Of a DNA stretch of 64,000 nucleotides, positions 25,104 to 36,489 are shown one piece after another. The stretch's first letter is position 1. Each line of letters starts with the position of its first letter. The stretch covers positions 806,001 through 870,000 of the forward strand of contig OY253670.1 in assembly GCA_958009085.1 (NCBI GenBank), given 5' to 3'. The DNA comes from Protoeuglena noctilucae. Lineage: Eukaryota. The notes under the pieces were generated by a model. The model was not told the origin of the DNA. It searched no databases and was given only the letters and a program-made list of their open reading frames with translations. The position numbers were made by a program, and so were the translations under genes.

Positions 25104-28100
25104 ATGGGGGGCATGGCGACCACCGGCGCCCCTGTGCAAGGGGAGTGGGATGTCCAGGTCGTCGTCCGTTCAGCGTTCCAGCCTGTGGACAACACCGTCG
25201 TCAGGTGAGCCCCTTCGTTCTTCGCCGTGGCCTCTCGAGGCTCGTTACCCGAGGGCTCACTGTGTCTCCCTCGCTGTGTCGCAGCGTCTCCACGAAAGCA
25301 AGCGTGCTGGACCTGAAGATGAGAATTAGGGAAGTCTGCCAGAGCCAGGGCAGGCCCCACCCCCATCCCATCGACATGATTGTCTTCTTCGGGGGCCGGA
25401 CAGTCCCCGACTCGGACACCCTGGTGAGCCGCGATGCGCCCCTTTGCAACGGAACTCCTGGCCGCGTTTGCCTTGTTCCGCTGTCTCTCAAGCCAGCTGC
25501 ATCCGTACTTTCGCCGCAGGGCTCGCTGGTCGCACGGTCCATGGACACCGCAGCGACCGGCGACCCTCTCGTCGTGCACCTGGCGCTCCGCATGGGAGCC
25601 CGCCTCGAAGACATGAGTGACTTGAACCTTCCGACTCGTCCCGGGGGCTCCGCGGTCCGCGGGGACGGGGCTGGCCCAGAGAACCCTGATGATGTGCCCC
25701 AGGCCTCCGTCCGCCTGCACTCGTGGGAGCTGTTGAGCGCGGTGGGGACGTCGCGCTCCTTCGAGCAACCACGTGGGTCTCCGTCGTCGGGGGAGCATGC
25801 GCAGGTGTGGTGGGGACCAGGGAACGGGCCGGGGAAGACCTTTGGGCACCGTGCGGCCTGCTTTCGCCGGTCGCGAATTCATGTTTGACGCATTCATCTC
25901 CTCCTCGTGTTACTGCAGCACCACGCATCCCCGGAGCCGGCCTCAGCACCTCAAACGGTGCCACCGCACACGGCGACGCACGTGGCGCCCGGTGCTTTCA
26001 GCTCTGGCTTCGTCCCAATCGTCCCTCACGTGAGGGGTCGCGTACCATTCTGCTCTCTTCTCACTCAACAGGCGGCGCATGGCGGACGCGCTGGGCCACC
26101 GTTTGAGTCGTGTCGTCGCCCGCCTCGCTTGCAGGTCGGGTACGCCATGGTGCCTCCGCAAGTGTCTTTCCACCAGGCATACCCCAATCCGTTCATGGGC
26201 AGCCCCGTCATGTACGCCGCCTACAACCAGGCCATGACCGCCCTGCAGCAGCAGAGCTGGGCCGTGCAAGGGCCAGGTGCGACCCATACTGTTGCGCCAC
26301 AACCGTCAACACAGCTTCTTTTGGAGAGGGTGGATGCACCGTGCGTGACAGCCGCAACATAGCGCCCTCATGTCCCGTCAGGCTCTCGTGTCCGGTGCAG
26401 GGTTTCCCCGGCAGGTGGGGCGCTCTTCGACCGACCCTGGCAGGGCAGGGCAGCCGGGAGGCCTCGACAGCACCAGCGACGCGGCAAGCCCGGCCGCGGT
26501 CCCCTCGGCTCACGGGGTCGCGTCCGCCGCGATCCCGTTCAGCAGCGCGGGGGTGCACCTGTCGGGCCACGCCGCTGCTTCGCCAGCCAGCGGTCGTGTC
26601 ATGCACCGAGGGCTGTCGGAGCCGTCTCGCACGGGCAGCGTCGACGCTTCCGAGGCAGCGTCGCTCGGCAGCGGGCTCGGTATGCCTCACGCCGGTGAGT
26701 CCAGGTCCTGTGCGGGACCCATTGGCAGTCGTGTGGGCATTACGCACATGGCTCACGGCTCATGTCAGCACCCGTCTGTTCATCTGCAGGGATGCACGTG
26801 GGGAGCCCTGCCTTTGTGGTGCCTGCATACCCCTGGGGCTTTCCCTACGCTGCGAGCTTCCCTGGCCACATGGCGCACAGCGTGCCGCACACGTTTGGCA
26901 TGGCGCACACGCACGCGCCCGGCACGGTGCCCGCGAGCCCCGCGTTTGCGCCGTTCGCTGCGGCACCGGCGGCCCACGGGTCATGGCACCCGGGCGTCCC
27001 AGCGTGGCACGCGATGGGGCACGTCAGCCCAGAGGCGCCTCCAGAGGAGCGGAGCGGGAAGGAGCGAGAAGCACAAGCACCCAGCGAAGGCGAAAGCGAG
27101 CGGGCGCGCTTGTATGGGCAAGCCGCGGCGGTCGGTGATCAACAACCGTCGGCGGAAGGGGTGAGGGTGGAGGAGGCATACGCTCTTGAGCGTGAGGGAC
27201 GCGACAGCAACGCCGGAGGCTCCTCCAGTGAAACTGCGGGGGCGGAGGCAGCGGCAGCGGTGGCGGACGTCGCGCACGCCGGCGACGGCCTGCGGCATCG
27301 GCACGTGCACGGCAGCGATGCAGACGCAGGTCGAGCGGACGCCGACGTTCAGCGGGCAGTGCAGGCGGTGACAGAAGCACTTATGGCTAGGATCGAGAGG
27401 AATCAGGCGAGGCCGGGGCTGCGTGGCGGCCGCTTCCCGTCGCTGGCTAGGGCTGTGCTTGCGATAGGTGAGACCATCACTTGCATGTGCGTCGGCTGCA
27501 GGGCAACCAAAGGCCGGCGCCCGGGGAGGCGTTTCAGGGCGCGAGGCAGCCCGGGGCGGAAGGAGCAGGCGCGCCGGGCGCAGCAGCGGCACCCCGCAAC
27601 GACCCTGCGGTGTTCCGGCTGCGGCTGGACGTGGGCGTGCTAATCCAGGCATGCGTCGTGGGGCTGATGCTCTGGCACTACCGAGGGCCACGGTGGCACC
27701 TGGTGAGGCTTTGTAAAGACTGGCGCAAGTAGAGCCTTGCTACCCCATGCAACGCTGCCTGGCATGAAACCATGCGATGACGCGACCCTCCCGTCCCACC
27801 GTTTGCCGCCCAGGTGGCCGCCGCGGTCGTCCTGGCGCTCTTCTGGTTCTCTGACACGCGGGTCATGCGCGCCGTCGCAAGGAAGGTCCTCCAAATCCTG
27901 TCCGCCCCCGCCGACCTCGCCGCCCGGGGCTCCATGGCCCGGCCACTCGCAGCCCTGGCCGTGCTCTACACGCTCTTCTCCTCTCTGCTCCCGGGGTTCG
28001 CATTCCAGGCCCCTCCCCGGCCCCCGCCGCGAGCGGACCACCGGCACCATCCGCCGGGAGGGGCCGGGCCGGGGCAGGCGCAGGGCGGGGCGGGTGCGGG

Positions 28101-28416
28101 TGCGGGTGCGGGTGCGGGTGCGCCAAGGGGTGACGTGGCGGGGCCGCTGGGGGAAACGAGGGGCGAGGCGCTGGCTGCCGCGGCGGATGCGGCGGCCCAC
28201 GGGGCTGGAGGGTCGGGTGCTCGGGGACCCTCGGACGGGGGCGACGGGGGTTCGGAATCCGGAGCTGGGCCGAGTGGGCTTGGAAATCGCGAGGGAGGAC
28301 CGGCGGGGGCCGCGGCTCGTGACGACGACGCGTCGAGCGTGTTGTCGTGGGAGGTGGCGTGGGCGGGTGGGGTGTCAGAGAGCGACGAGGATGAGTGGGA
28401 GAGAGGCATGGAGTGA
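25104..28416 (+). CDS. HERP/HERPUD-like ER membrane protein with an N-terminal ubiquitin-like domain
   Basis: UBL-like segment SVLDLKMRIREV...HPIDMIVFFGGRTVPDSDTL...VVHLAL, a low-complexity middle, and C-terminal hydrophobic helices ending LYTLFSSLLPG, which is HERP-like. Confidence 0.65.
28086..28121 (+). repeat. (GCGGGT)n hexamer microsatellite encoding a Gly-Ala repeat
   Basis: About five tandem GCGGGT units inside the last exon of the HERP-like gene. Confidence 0.8.
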
Positions 28417-28634
28417 CGGAGGTGTGCCGGATCACCATGCATGCATGCTAGTGGGTTGCTGGTAGGTTCGCCTATTGGAAATGCGGGGGCTGTTGTCATG
28501 GGTTGATTCTTCAGCGCTTTAACAGCCTTGAACAGTGCGGAGGCACGGACGCCCAGCATTGCATCACTCCCACGCGTGCCTCTGCGCATCATCTGCCACC
28601 GCGCAACCCGCACCCCACGCTGCGCGTGACTCTC

Positions 28635-31600
28635 CTACACCACCTTCGCCCTCACGTCCTCAATGCGCTTGAAGACGTCCCCGGGGCTGCGGATGCCCTG
28701 CTGGTCGAGCGCTGCGGCACAGAAACCCAAGAGAAGGCGCATTATTGTTAAACACATCTATTGACCCATGCCTAGCTGCAACCCACGCTAAGCTGCGACT
28801 CATGCTTCCGCTCGCCCTCACCTGCGGCAATCTGCGCCTGCACGTCGGACGGCAGGAGGCCGTAGAGCTCCACGAGGTCCCCGTCCACGCAGTCCTTGAT
28901 GACGAAATGGTAGCTGCGATATGCCATGTGGTCCCGGCCGCAGAGGGGCGGCAGCTCCTGCCTGCGGGGCATTGCAAGGGACGACGGGCGCTGTGACCGT
29001 GACTAGCGCCCCGGCCGACATCTACCGAAGCGGTCAAAAGAGGAGGGCAGTCTCGACAACATGAACCTGAGATTTCAGTGCCAAGCATGTCCCGTCAGAT
29101 CCCCACGCCTGTGCTTGCACAAGGCCTTCGGGGCAAATGGCGCAAACAGCCCCTCGCCTCAGGTGCATCTCCAGCATGGTGAAAAAGTCGGCCTCCTCCC
29201 GCGTCGCCAGGGGCAGGAAGCACCCGATCTGCCCCGCCACCGTGGCGTACAGCAGCACCTCCGAGCCCCCGGGGGCGAGGGTCGTGCGGACCAGGGCCAT
29301 CACGGGGTCGCCGACGTGGAAGGAGGCGACTGCGGGGTCGAGGAAACAGAGCGACGCTGTCAATGCAGGTAGCTGCAGAGACGGGGAGGTGCGGCCCGAG
29401 CAGCGACGCATGCGCGTGTCCGCAACACAGCGCCGCAGCTCTGCCAGAGCACACGCTGCCCAGCGCTGCTGCCTCCGTCGGCACTCTCGCGCCGCGCTGC
29501 CACGCACCGGCCTCGAACTTGTGCGGCGCGCCGTTGAGCCAGGACACGCCCTCCAGCGCCTTGCCGCTGGATGGGTCGCCCTCGATGCGCCGCGAGACGT
29601 CCGGGGGCAGCCGCAGCACGTTGACGTTCCCGAACTTGTCCGCGACGGCGATCGTGTCGTAGTCGAGGACGGCGGTGCACGTGACGTACCGCGGGAGCGT
29701 GTCGTCCGCCAGAACGGACATGACGTTGTCGCTCTTACGGTACTTGAGCAGATGGACCGACTCCTGGTTGTCCGCCGCGAAGATGCGCTCCCCGAGCACG
29801 CGGATCTCGCGGATGCTCGTGGGCAGGCCCCGGTTCTCGCACTTGCGGAGGAGCTTCTTGCGCCCGATGTCGTACAGTCGCAGCGTGTTGCCCAGCCCCG
29901 CCAGCAGGCGGCCCTGGAACGGGCACAGCGCCCCGACCACCTCCTCCTTCGTGTCCGTGCTGTGCAGGAGCTCGAGGGTGCGCCCGCCCTGGGTGAAGCG
30001 GAAGACGTGCAGCACGCCGCCCTCGGATGCCAGGGGATCGAACGAGAGAGACCGCGCGCACCCCACGACGAGCATGGGGCCGTCCTCGGGGCGCGCGGCG
30101 AAGGTGCAGAGGCACGCGCTCAGCACGGCGTGCGAGGGGCCGATCTCCTGGCAGAAAAGCGTCTGCCCGGATGACGGGTCGAGGATGCGCACGCACGACG
30201 CCCACTGGCGCGGGGAGCCCTTAGGAGCACCGAATTGCTCCTCGCGTGCTCGCGCCTCCTCGCTCTCCTCTGGTGCCTGCGGCAACCGACAGGCGACGCT
30301 GTTTGGGCAGCGCTGGGGCCGGGCAAGCGGCACACAAGGCAAGCGGCCGCGGTCGGTCTATGGCAATGCATAAGCCGCCAGCAAAGCCTAGAGACGTTTC
30401 TTGCGAGTTGCGACAACCCCTACCAAGACCCTGCCGATGAGCGACCGCGGCAGCGGCACCAGCAAGGGCAAGGGCAGCAGCTCGTGACCGTCGCTCATGT
30501 CTCACCATGGGTTTGACCTCCACGCCCTCCATGGCGTCGGGGGGCACGAGGTCCGTCCTCTCTTCGAGCGGCACGGCCTGCTTGTCGCTCTCGCACACGA
30601 TCAGGAGCTTGGTGGACGGGTGCACGATGGCGTGGCGAGGGGTGTACCGCAACGGCACCACCTGCTGGTTGAACGCCCCGCTGAGGCGCTCCATCATCAG
30701 CACGCGCAGCTTGTCCTCGGACACAGCCACGAAGCCCTCGGGGCACGACTCGCTCGAGAAGGCGGCGGCGTGGTCCAGGGCCCCAAACGACAGCGGCGCC
30801 AGCGTGTACCGCCCCATGTCATTGTAACCCAGCCACGGCCGGGAGCTGAGGGCCAGCACGGCGGGCTGCCCGTTGATGCGCGCCGCCTGCGAGAATGAGG
30901 GGAGGCACATGGTTACACGAGTCAGCCTCACTGACGAGTGGCGCGCAGGTGACCGCAGCCACGGCAAAAGCATGCACGTGCAGAGCAGTGCCCGGTGCGT
31001 CTCCACCCTCCACGCACCACGAGCTTGGGCTTGCGGGTGCCCAGAAACCGCTGCCTCTGATCCGATAGCGCCCCCGTCTGGCGGTCGACCCCCGACCGGA
31101 TCAGCACGCCGTCGTCGGTGCCGACATTCAGGAAGAGAGCCCCCGTGCCCTGCGCCGCCCCGATCGCCTGGTCCACGAACAGCAGCGACTCGGGCGGGCG
31201 GTGCGTGCCCAGGACGGCGAGCTTCTCCATGATGCTCTCCATCTCGAGGCTCAGGATCGTGACCTTGCTGTCAAACGTCCCCATCGCCAGGAAACGCGAG
31301 CGCTGGCGGCCCTCGGGCACCGCGGGGATCGCCAGGCACGCCACGTCCGACCCCACGGAGCACTTGCCCTCCTCGATGGCCTGGGCGAAGTGATCAAGCG
31401 GCGAGGGTCATGCCCGGCACAGCACTGTCAACTGCGCAAACACGCACACCGTCCGCCAAAGCCCGACTCACCAGCAGCTGCCCCAGCTGCATGTCGAGCT
31501 CGAAGTAGTAGATCTCCCCGCCCGACACGGCGATGGCCACCTGGCGGGTGTTGGTCGCCGTCTGCTGGATGGCGCGCCGGCGCGGGGTGGCCCACTCGTT

Positions 31601-34390
31601 CGCCCGACGGTCGGGGCGGATGACGCGCACTGCGTTGGGGTGCACCTGCACGATGCTGCTGTCCTCCAGGAGCTGCATGGCGAGCGTCGGAACTGCGGGG
31701 GGTAAAGAGCCGGTGGCCAGGTCGCAGATGGCACTTGGATCGTGAATGACATGCCCGGCAGGCCGGCTACCCACGCACCCGTGTTCTCGATCCCCGTGTC
31801 GGTCGCCTCAACGATGGCCTCGCCGATGGCCAGCACCAGCGTGGCGTTGGTGAAGGACAGGACCAGGTAGCCGTCGTACTCATCGGTCATCGCCCGTCGG
31901 ATCGACCACACCGCCGTGGGCACGCCTGGCAGCGTCTGCTCCGCGATCTGCGTCACCGAGAGCCCCGAGCGGAGGACGCGCAGCGACGAACGCGCGCCGC
32001 GGCCGCACAGGGCGTAGAGCTGGGGCGCGCCCGTGCTGTCCCCCGACAGATTCCTGCGCAGGAAACACGGGGCCAGGAGTGCGTTGACAGGACATAAGTA
32101 GTCAGCGCAAGGTTCGCTGCCGCGACCCCCGCAAGAGATCATGCTTAACAGAATGCATTGCAACCGGCACGCGATGCGACGTCCCACAGCCACCCTCGCA
32201 TCCATTCAAGCCACCCACGCCCCTCACCCCGCGACCAGGTCCACGATGGGCGCCAGCGACTCGACCTCGTCGATGGGCGCCAAGTTGGTCAGCTCCCGCG
32301 GCTCAAAGTAGACCAGCGCGTACCCCTCCTCCACCTCGACGGCCGCAGACGAGGACGCCTCTGCCGCGTCGTCGTCACCCAGGCCCTGGAACTGGTACAG
32401 GGTGTGGTTGCCGAACTGCGGACGGGCGGGGGCGCGTTGGTGCTGAGCGCGGCGAGCAGAGCGAACAAGCAGAGGCTGGCTGGCTTGCAGGTGTCATTGC
32501 AGGGCATGGAGGAGCTCAGCGACACTGCGCAATCGCACGTATGAGTTTCACTGAGTCAAAGCGTGGATCTGCGGCGGCGCTCGCCTCGGAAGCTGCGAAG
32601 AGGAACCCGGACCGGAGGACCGCGATCGACGTGCACGTGGGGATGCTGTCAAAGTACTTGATCTTGAGCTCCGTGGCCGTCTCGGCCGTGTACTCCAGGG
32701 TGATGCGATACAGGTCGCCGTACTGCGGGCGCGGGCTACAGCTGGGCTGCATTGCCTCGGGCGGGCGCACAGGAAGGGTCGCGGCGTGTCGACTGGCCAA
32801 GGGCCGGGAGGCGAGCGCATGAAGCTGACAAGCGCGCGCGGCGCGGCAAATGGTCGCCTCGGACTGCAACAGGAAAAAGAAGGTGCTCTTGGTGCGGTGG
32901 GAGGTGCCAGAGACCAGCAGGACCCCCCGGTGGCCTGGCAGCGAGGACCGGCGGGGGATGACGGCGCGGAGCTCCCCCTGGTTGTCCAAATTGCGGTACA
33001 GCACGAAGTTCTCGCAGCACACGAGGCACCCGCCGGGGCCGTCCGTGCCGCCCGGGACGGCCAGAAGCAGGTTAGCGCCGTTGTCGACCGTCACGGCGGA
33101 CTTGCGCGTCACGTGGTTCAGGCCCAGGTCCAGCTCGTAGTACGTAAGCACCTTTTGCGCCTGCGGACACGCGCGAGCGGGCGATCCGTCGCGGCGAGGC
33201 GGTGCAGGCACTGCGGGCGGCTCGTCTGCCCCGCGTGCTTTGCTCTGCAGCCCGCACGCCCCCGTATGCCCCCGCGGCCCCTCGCCTGCATGGCGGCCTG
33301 CCCCGTGGGGTCGTCATCCACCTCCGAGTAGTCGATCTCGATGGCGGCGAACACCGGGTTGTCGTAGCCGCAGTCGAGGCCGACCAGATCGAAGCAGAGG
33401 TGGCTCGTCTTGTGCGCCTCCAGCGGGGAGCTGATCGTCATGTTGCCGTCCGTGTCCCTGTTCATCACGTACGTGAACTTCTGCTTCTCCAGAGCCCCGA
33501 CCATGATGGCGCGCCCGCGAGGGTCCGTGGCGACAAACTGCCCCGGCACGATGCGCCTGCACCCCGTCTTCCCGAACGTCTCCTGGTGCACCTTCCGGAA
33601 CACCCCGCGGTCCTTGTCGAAGCGCAGCACCACCAGGCGGCCGGAATCGGAGCCCACCACCACGTGATCAAACGGGTCCCCCGCCATGCGGAACTTCTGC
33701 AGCGAACGGAGCTGCCCGAAGACCGGCACCGAGCACACGGGCTGCATCCGACCCGTGTCATCGGGACGCAGGAGCTCCAGCACGTTGCCCTTGGCCACCA
33801 CCACCTCCTGCACTTTGGGCGCCGAGAAGTTGCCGTACACGGCCACCTGCGGAGGCCGCCCGGGAACGACGATGGAAGATCGTGCGCAGACCAAGACAAG
33901 GAACGCAGCGGCAAACGGCTCGCGAGGAAGCAAGGGCGACCGGCGCGATGCGGACGGGCCCGCCCGCGCCACGTCCTCTGCCTGCAGCTGCGACGCGGGA
34001 AGGAACCCGCGGCCGGTCTTGCTTTGCCGATCGTTATTTTAGCAAAAATTGCATCCTTTGTACTGCTACGAGTGGGCCGAAACCACCCCGGATGCGCTCT
34101 ATCGCCGCCAGCTGGGCCCCAGCCTGCATTAGCCTCCTCCCGCCCGCCACAGCGGCCAAAGCCCCCGCCGCGCAGCCGTCGAGCGCTGACAGCAACAAAG
34201 TACACATGCATGGCGCGGCACATGCTGTAAACTGGTCCACAGGGTCGTGGATGGGGGTGCCCGCAACCGGCCCAGCTGATCAGCGATTCCGAAGCCAGAG
34301 GCGGCTGGATGGACGCGGTGAGGGCTAGTCAAGTCTCCTTAGCACCTGTATTGCCGATGGCCGGCTCAAAGTCAGGTTGAGGAGGTGCAT
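28635..34390 (-). CDS. SF3B3: Splicing factor 3B subunit 3 (SAP130/Rse1), 13 exons
   Basis: MHLLNLTLSRPSAIQ|VAVYGNFS, KVHQETFGKTGCRRIVPGQF, TISSPLEAHK, YYELDLGLNHV, FAASE|FGNH, YDIGRKKLLRKCE and PLCGRDHMAYRSY. Twelve introns traced, four of them GC-AG. Confidence 0.97.
34038..34231 (-). ncRNA. Candidate structured intronic RNA in SF3B3 intron 1 (family unknown)
   Basis: Five nested complementary segments plus a side hairpin. G-U wobbles favour the minus (sense) strand. The host intron is about 500 nt, against roughly 70-250 nt elsewhere. Confidence 0.45.
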
Positions 34391-35044
34391 TTTTTGGCTC
34401 CCGCAGCACGTCCCAGGTGGGGGGGGCCACCCCCGCAGATGCGGTGCCCCGCTCAATCAGCTCTCCCCGCCCACCCACAACCGAGTCGAGCGGAGGTCGG
34501 GGGGGGTCCTCAAGAAGTGCCTAGGGGGAGATCCGCCTGAACTGAGTCGGCTCGCCACCACAGCCGCATGCGCACCGACACGGACCCCGAAATGGCGAGA
34601 GGGAAGCGGCTGAGCAACCGGAGGAATGCCAAAACGCCTGACTCACGCCGCCAGATGCTTGTTTGCCCCGCCAGGAGCTTGGAGCGGGGCGCATTCGCTG
34701 GATCGGCATTCCCTGTGCAATCAAATGGCACGTGCGCGCACATCGCGAAGGCATCGAGGAAGCTAGTCACGGGCAAGAGGGTTCTGCGGGGCGTGGGGAA
34801 TGCGGCGTGCCCTCCAGCGCCTGGCGCGCCTCAGCGCCGGCTGCGAGGGTGCGACGTTGCAGAGCGTGCATGAAGCGTCCTGTGTGAGCCACATGGCGTG
34901 GCGGACCAGGCATTCGAGGCGAGGGTCGCGCGGAGCATGCGTCGGCCGCGGGCGTGGTTGCGAAGGGCTTCTGGGTCGGTAGATGCAGATTTCCACTAGA
35001 TTTTGTCGCCAGTCATGTGCTTGTAACGTCTATCATGCGAGTGG

Positions 35045-36476
35045 ATGTCCATACGGGCTATCTGCCGCGCTAAACGCACGGCGACGCCTTCTGCTGTCCG
35101 CAGTAGGGGTCTACTGAGTACGGGGGCCGCGCAGCCGGCCCGCTCGCTGTTCGACAGGCCGGACTTGTTCCGTAACCTCTTCAGTGGTGCCTCCGAGGAG
35201 GGGCAGGGGAAATTGAGGGAATCGAGCCCGCGCGAGGTGCCGGAGCTGCCTCCCCGCCCACCAGATGCCATAGATCCGCCGCTGGGATCGAATCGATGAC
35301 GCGATGTCTTTTGCGAGACGCAGAAGGAGCAGTTCGGGCCCAAGGAACCGACAGAGGACGCTGCGAAGTCGGGTGCAGGCGCTGAGGGCGGGGCTTCCGG
35401 GGAGGGCGCAGGCCCAGAAGCAGCAGGGGAGTCCCCGGTGTCGGAGGCCATGGAGACGATGAAAAAGCGGGTTGCGGAGCTGGAGGGGCGGGTGAGACGG
35501 GTTGCTGCCCATGCAACTGGAGACCTCTGGGTGTGTAACGTAGTGCGATGAATAGTGTGCCCTTGCCACGTTTGCAGACCGAGGAGCTGATGGAGAAGGC
35601 GAAGGAGGACAAGGACGCGATGCTGAGGTGAGCGCATACCGGGCAGGCGGTGGCAGGGAGCGTCAGATCGTTGTTCACGGGAGACCATATCCTGTCAACC
35701 GCGCGTGCCCTGCAGGCTCATGGCGGACATGGAGAACCTGCGGGCGCGGACGGCTCGACAGATCGACGATACTCGGAAGTTTGCCCTGCAGGTGAGAGCG
35801 GCGCGTTGCGCGGGCTTCGCAGGCCCACGTGTACCTCCGTGGCTAATCGCCCTTTGGCCCGCTGTACCTGCGCAGAAGATGATCCAGGACATTTTGACGG
35901 TTGCTGACAACATGGAGCGGGCGCTGGAGCACGTCCCCGGGGAGGTGAAGACCCGGGAGGGCCCGGCTGAGGGCGTGGACTACTATGCGCAGCTGTGCAA
36001 TCTCTACGAGGGTATCAACCTGGTCAACGGCGCCGTGAAGGTGAGCGGCGTCGAGCTCTGGCTGCGGACGCGGCGTCCTGCTGTGACTCTTGGAGCTTGC
36101 TGGGGTACGCAACCTGCGCCGTTTGCCTTTTGCACCGCAGAGCTTTTTGACGACGAACGGGGTGGTGCGGGTCGATCCCATGGGCAAGCGGTTCGATCCC
36201 AACACGATGAATGCGCTGTTTGAGATCCCGGATGCGACGGTGAGCCACAGGGACGCAGGGTTGGCGTGCAGGACAGCTTGCCAGTGCCGTCAATGACCTG
36301 ATTGGCAACCTGCATCTCTCCCGCTTCAGAAGAAGGACAAGGAGGTGGCCGCGGTCGTCAAGGTGGGGTACATTTTGAACGGGAGGGTCATTCGCCCGGC
36401 GGACGTGGGCGTTGCTACGGGGGGAGCGGAGTGGCCGGCGGAGGCGGGCGATGCAGCCCAGGGAGAGGCAAAGTAG
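35045..36476 (+). CDS. GRPE: GrpE nucleotide exchange factor, probably mitochondrial (Mge1)
   Basis: Arg/Ser-rich presequence, then LMADMENLRART, KFALQ|KMIQDILTVADNMERAL, PMGKRFDPNTMNALF and KVGYILNGRVIRPADVGV. Confidence 0.95.
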
Positions 36477-36489
36477 GACTGTTACACTA

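Noticed and set aside
34026..34042. AAAATAACGATCGG on the minus strand resembles part of U12 snRNA
   Set aside because: The adjacent U12 5' end and branch-point pairing sequence are absent, so this short match is probably chance.
34568..34873. Basic ORF in the SF3B3-GrpE divergent intergenic region
   Set aside because: No motif, no convincing splice structure or codon bias. It is likely promoter or UTR sequence.
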